Of a stretch of DNA of 64,000 bases, positions 61,225-64,000 are shown piece after piece (within the stretch, counting starts at the first letter, position 1; every line of letters starts with the position of its first letter). A model generated the notes under the pieces. The model did not search any database. It was not told the DNA's origin and saw nothing but the letters and a program-made list of their open reading frames with translations. Made by a program: the position numbers and the translations under genes. The DNA is taken from assembly GCF_004010195.1 (NCBI RefSeq), contig NC_057718.1, positions 28,394,377 to 28,458,376 on the forward strand. The letters are read 5' to 3'. The DNA comes from Chiloscyllium plagiosum (taxonomy: Eukaryota).

Positions 61225-64000
61225 ACAGAGTTGTGACAAGGCTCTCTAGTCCTTTGTATCCAAGCCGGTCATCAAGCACCGATTTACTCCTGTTCTGTTT
61301 TCCGGCACTTGACCCAGAGCATTGCATATTGCAATGATTCAAGTGTTTAGCTAATTACTATTTAAATGTTGTGATGGTTCCAGCCCCTACCACCCTTTCA
61401 AGGCACCGAGCTCCATATACTCACCAGCCTCTACATGAAAAATTCTTCCTTAAATCCCTACTAAACATTCTGCCCATTACCTTAAATCCAAGGTCCCTTG
61501 TTACTAAGTGGAAAAGATTCTTATCTACCTTATCTACGGCCCACAATTTTGCACGTCAATCAAGTCACTCTTCAGTCTTCTCTGTTCTAAGGACAACATC
61601 CCAGCCTTTATAATCTCTCTTATAGCTGAAACCCTATCGTTGCACCTCTCTCTTGCAATCAGACCCATCCAATAGTGACTTAACCAGAATTCCACACAGT
61701 ACTCCAGCTCAAATGGCAACTAATGACTTGCACAGTTCCATCATAACCTTCCTGTCCTTTTCTTCAATGCCTCAACTAATAAAGGCAAATACCCCATATG
61801 CCTTCATAATCACTTTATCCATTGTTCCTGTTGCCTTTAAGGATCTGTGGACTTGCACAGAGGTAAATCTGATACTCTATACTTTCTAGGGTCCTGGAAT
61901 TCATTGTGTATTCCCATGCTTCATTGTGTCTTCCCAAACTGCATCACACCACTTTTCAGGTTTAAATTTCTTTTCCTACTGTTATATCCATATCATCCTG
62001 CAGTGTAAAGCTTTTCTCCATGTTAGCTGCCAAACTATCAGTTTCCAAGTATCTGCAAACTTACTAATCAAATCTCCCACATTCGTGTCTAGATCACGAA
62101 TACATCAATGGCAAGGGACCAAGCACTGAACCCTGCCTCTGGACACGAACTCATGGTCACAAAAAGAACTTTCAACCATCATGCTGTTTCCTGTCAGAGC
62201 CAATTTTAGATCCAAATTGCCAAACTGCCCTGCATCACATTGATTCTTACCACCTTGATCAGCATATCCATTTGGCCTCAATTGAGCAACTTTGTAATCA
62301 CCCTTCATTGTGATATGGATCAAGCAGTCAAATTCTACAATGTCACGCCCTCTTTTACACCCCTTGCTGTTTCACTGAAGATTCTTCACCCTGGAATATT
62401 GAACTGCCATTCCTGTCCCACCATGATAGTAGTGTCATAGCTTTTTTTGTTAATCAGCAGCCTTTACTCAACTGCCTTACTCACAAAGCTCCTAGCATTA
62501 AAACAAAATCAGCTCTGCCATGTTCCCTTGTGTCTTAACTTGGCTTATACATTCTGCCTGTCAGACGGACATGGCTTGCCTTCTATATTTTTCTCACTCA
62601 CTATTGCATCTGCAAGTGGTATCTCATCTCCTTGTCAAACTTGTTTAAATAACTTAGCTGCTCAAATGTTAAAAAGGATTGAATTTATTAAAACAGAGAA
62701 GACACAGAAAGGATTTACAAGGATGTTACAGGACTGAAGGGTTTGGGTTATAAAAGAAAAGCTGGGTAGTCTCGGACTATCCAGGCAATGAGTTCCACAC
62801 ACCCATCAGTCTCTAGGTAGAAATTCTTCCTTAAATCGCCAGTAAACATCCTGCTCATTACCTTAAATCTATAGCCCCTGGTTATTAAGGGGATAAGAAT
62901 CTTATCTACCCTAATGGCCCACAATTTTAATGCTCCTTAGCATTCTCTGTTCAAAGGTTTAGGGGTAACCTTATAGAGGTCTATAAAATCATGAGGGGCA
63001 GATAAGGTCAATAGCAAACATCAGGGAATTCAAAACTAGAGGGCATAGGTTTAAGAAATATTGAGAAGGGACCAGAGAGATAACTTTCTCACACAGGTGG
63101 TCAGTATGTGGTACAAGCTGTTGGAGGAAGTGATAGATGCAGTTACAATATTTCGAAGACATTTGGATAGGTATATGAATAGGAAAGATTTAGAGGGAAA
63201 TGAGCCAAACACAGGCAAATAGAACCAATTTAGTATGGGAAACCTGGTCAACGTGGACCCAAGTGGGACAGAAAGGTCTGTTTCCATGCTATATGACTTT
63301 ATGACTCCATGACAGCACCAGCAAATCCCTTGCAAGGACATTAGTCCTGCTAGGGTTCAGGTGTAACCCATTCAACTTGTATACATCTCACTTTCCTCAA
63401 AGACACACTCAGTGATCCAGGAACCTAAAGCATTTCCTCCTGCAACAACTCTTCAGCCACACATTCATCTGCTATAACGGCCTATTCCTATGCTCAATAG
63501 CAAGCAGCACCAGGAGTAATCCAGAATTTACAAACTTTGAGGTTCTGTTTTTCAATCTGACACTAGCTCCTTAAATTATTTTTTCTTTTTAAGAAATTTC
63601 ATTCACAGGATGAGGGCATTGCTAGTTAGGCCAGCATTTATTGCCCATCTCTAACCACATTGCTATGGGCCTGGAGTCACAAAGGCCAAACCAGGTAAGG
63701 ATGGCAGTTTCCTTCCCAAAAGAACATTAGTGAGCCAGATGCATTTTGCTGACCATCAACAATAGTCATGGTCATCATTAGATTTTTAATTCTAGACTTT
63801 TTTATTGAATTCAAATTGCACCATCTGGTATGGTGGGATTCAAAACTGAGTCCCCAGAATATAACCTGGAACACTGGATTAACAGTGATAATACCACCAG
63901 GCCATCGCCTCCTCCTTATTCTCAATCCAGAGCCTCATCCCTCCTTCCACCTGTGTCGTTGGTCCCAATGTGAACCATTCTCGAGGATGGTGTGCAGCAA
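61225..64000. mobile_element. Mosaic of CR1 fragments, mostly minus; a plus-strand 3' end at ~62955-63310
   Basis: LEYCVEFWLSHY, MLSLEQRRLKSDLIDV; + strand GTAACCTTATAGAGGTCTATAAAATCATGAGG to tail TATGACTTTATGACTCC; ORF1 remnant ~63313-63580 resuming after 63912. Confidence 0.7.
63598..63912 (-). mobile_element. tRNA-headed SINE distinct from HE1
   Basis: Minus strand GGAGGCGATGGCCTGGTGGTATTATCACTG (A box)...GTTTTGAATCCCACC (B box)...GGCTCACTAATGTTCTTTTGGGAAGGAAACTGCCATCCTTACCTGGTTTGGCC...GATGGGCAATAAATGCTGGCC...CCTGTGAAT. Confidence 0.75.

Noticed and set aside
51596..64000. MSH2 exon 11 (expected ...EYEEAQDAIVKEI...) on the minus strand
   Set aside because: No matching reading frame with splice sites found by eye; probably beyond the right edge. 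A tblastn with MSH2 would settle it.

Overview
Vertebrate (cartilaginous-fish, shark-like) genomic DNA, not prokaryotic. The only host gene I can support is the 3' half of the mismatch-repair gene MSH2 on the minus strand. Five GT-AG coding exons correspond to human exons 12-16 (51350-51595, 48087-48291, 21984-22231, 15514-15686, 14176-14346), join in frame and end at a TAA stop; exon 11 and upstream exons were not found in the window. Most of the remainder is decayed mobile DNA: a Gmr1-type Gypsy LTR element (integrase upstream of RT), three solo LTRs with 4-bp TSDs, many CR1 LINEs (two near full length, with esterase ORF1), one full-length L1-clade LINE with a TSD, a Rex1/Babar LINE, HE1-type and Deu-type SINEs, and a pogo/Tigger-like MITE. 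The most notable structure is a set of Penelope-like elements (PLEs) and derivatives, arranged as inverted fold-back pairs, that carry minimal type I hammerhead ribozyme motifs, one of them fully intact (7524-7558). All family assignments come from motif recognition by eye, not database searches. Repeat boundaries are approximate unless a TSD is quoted.
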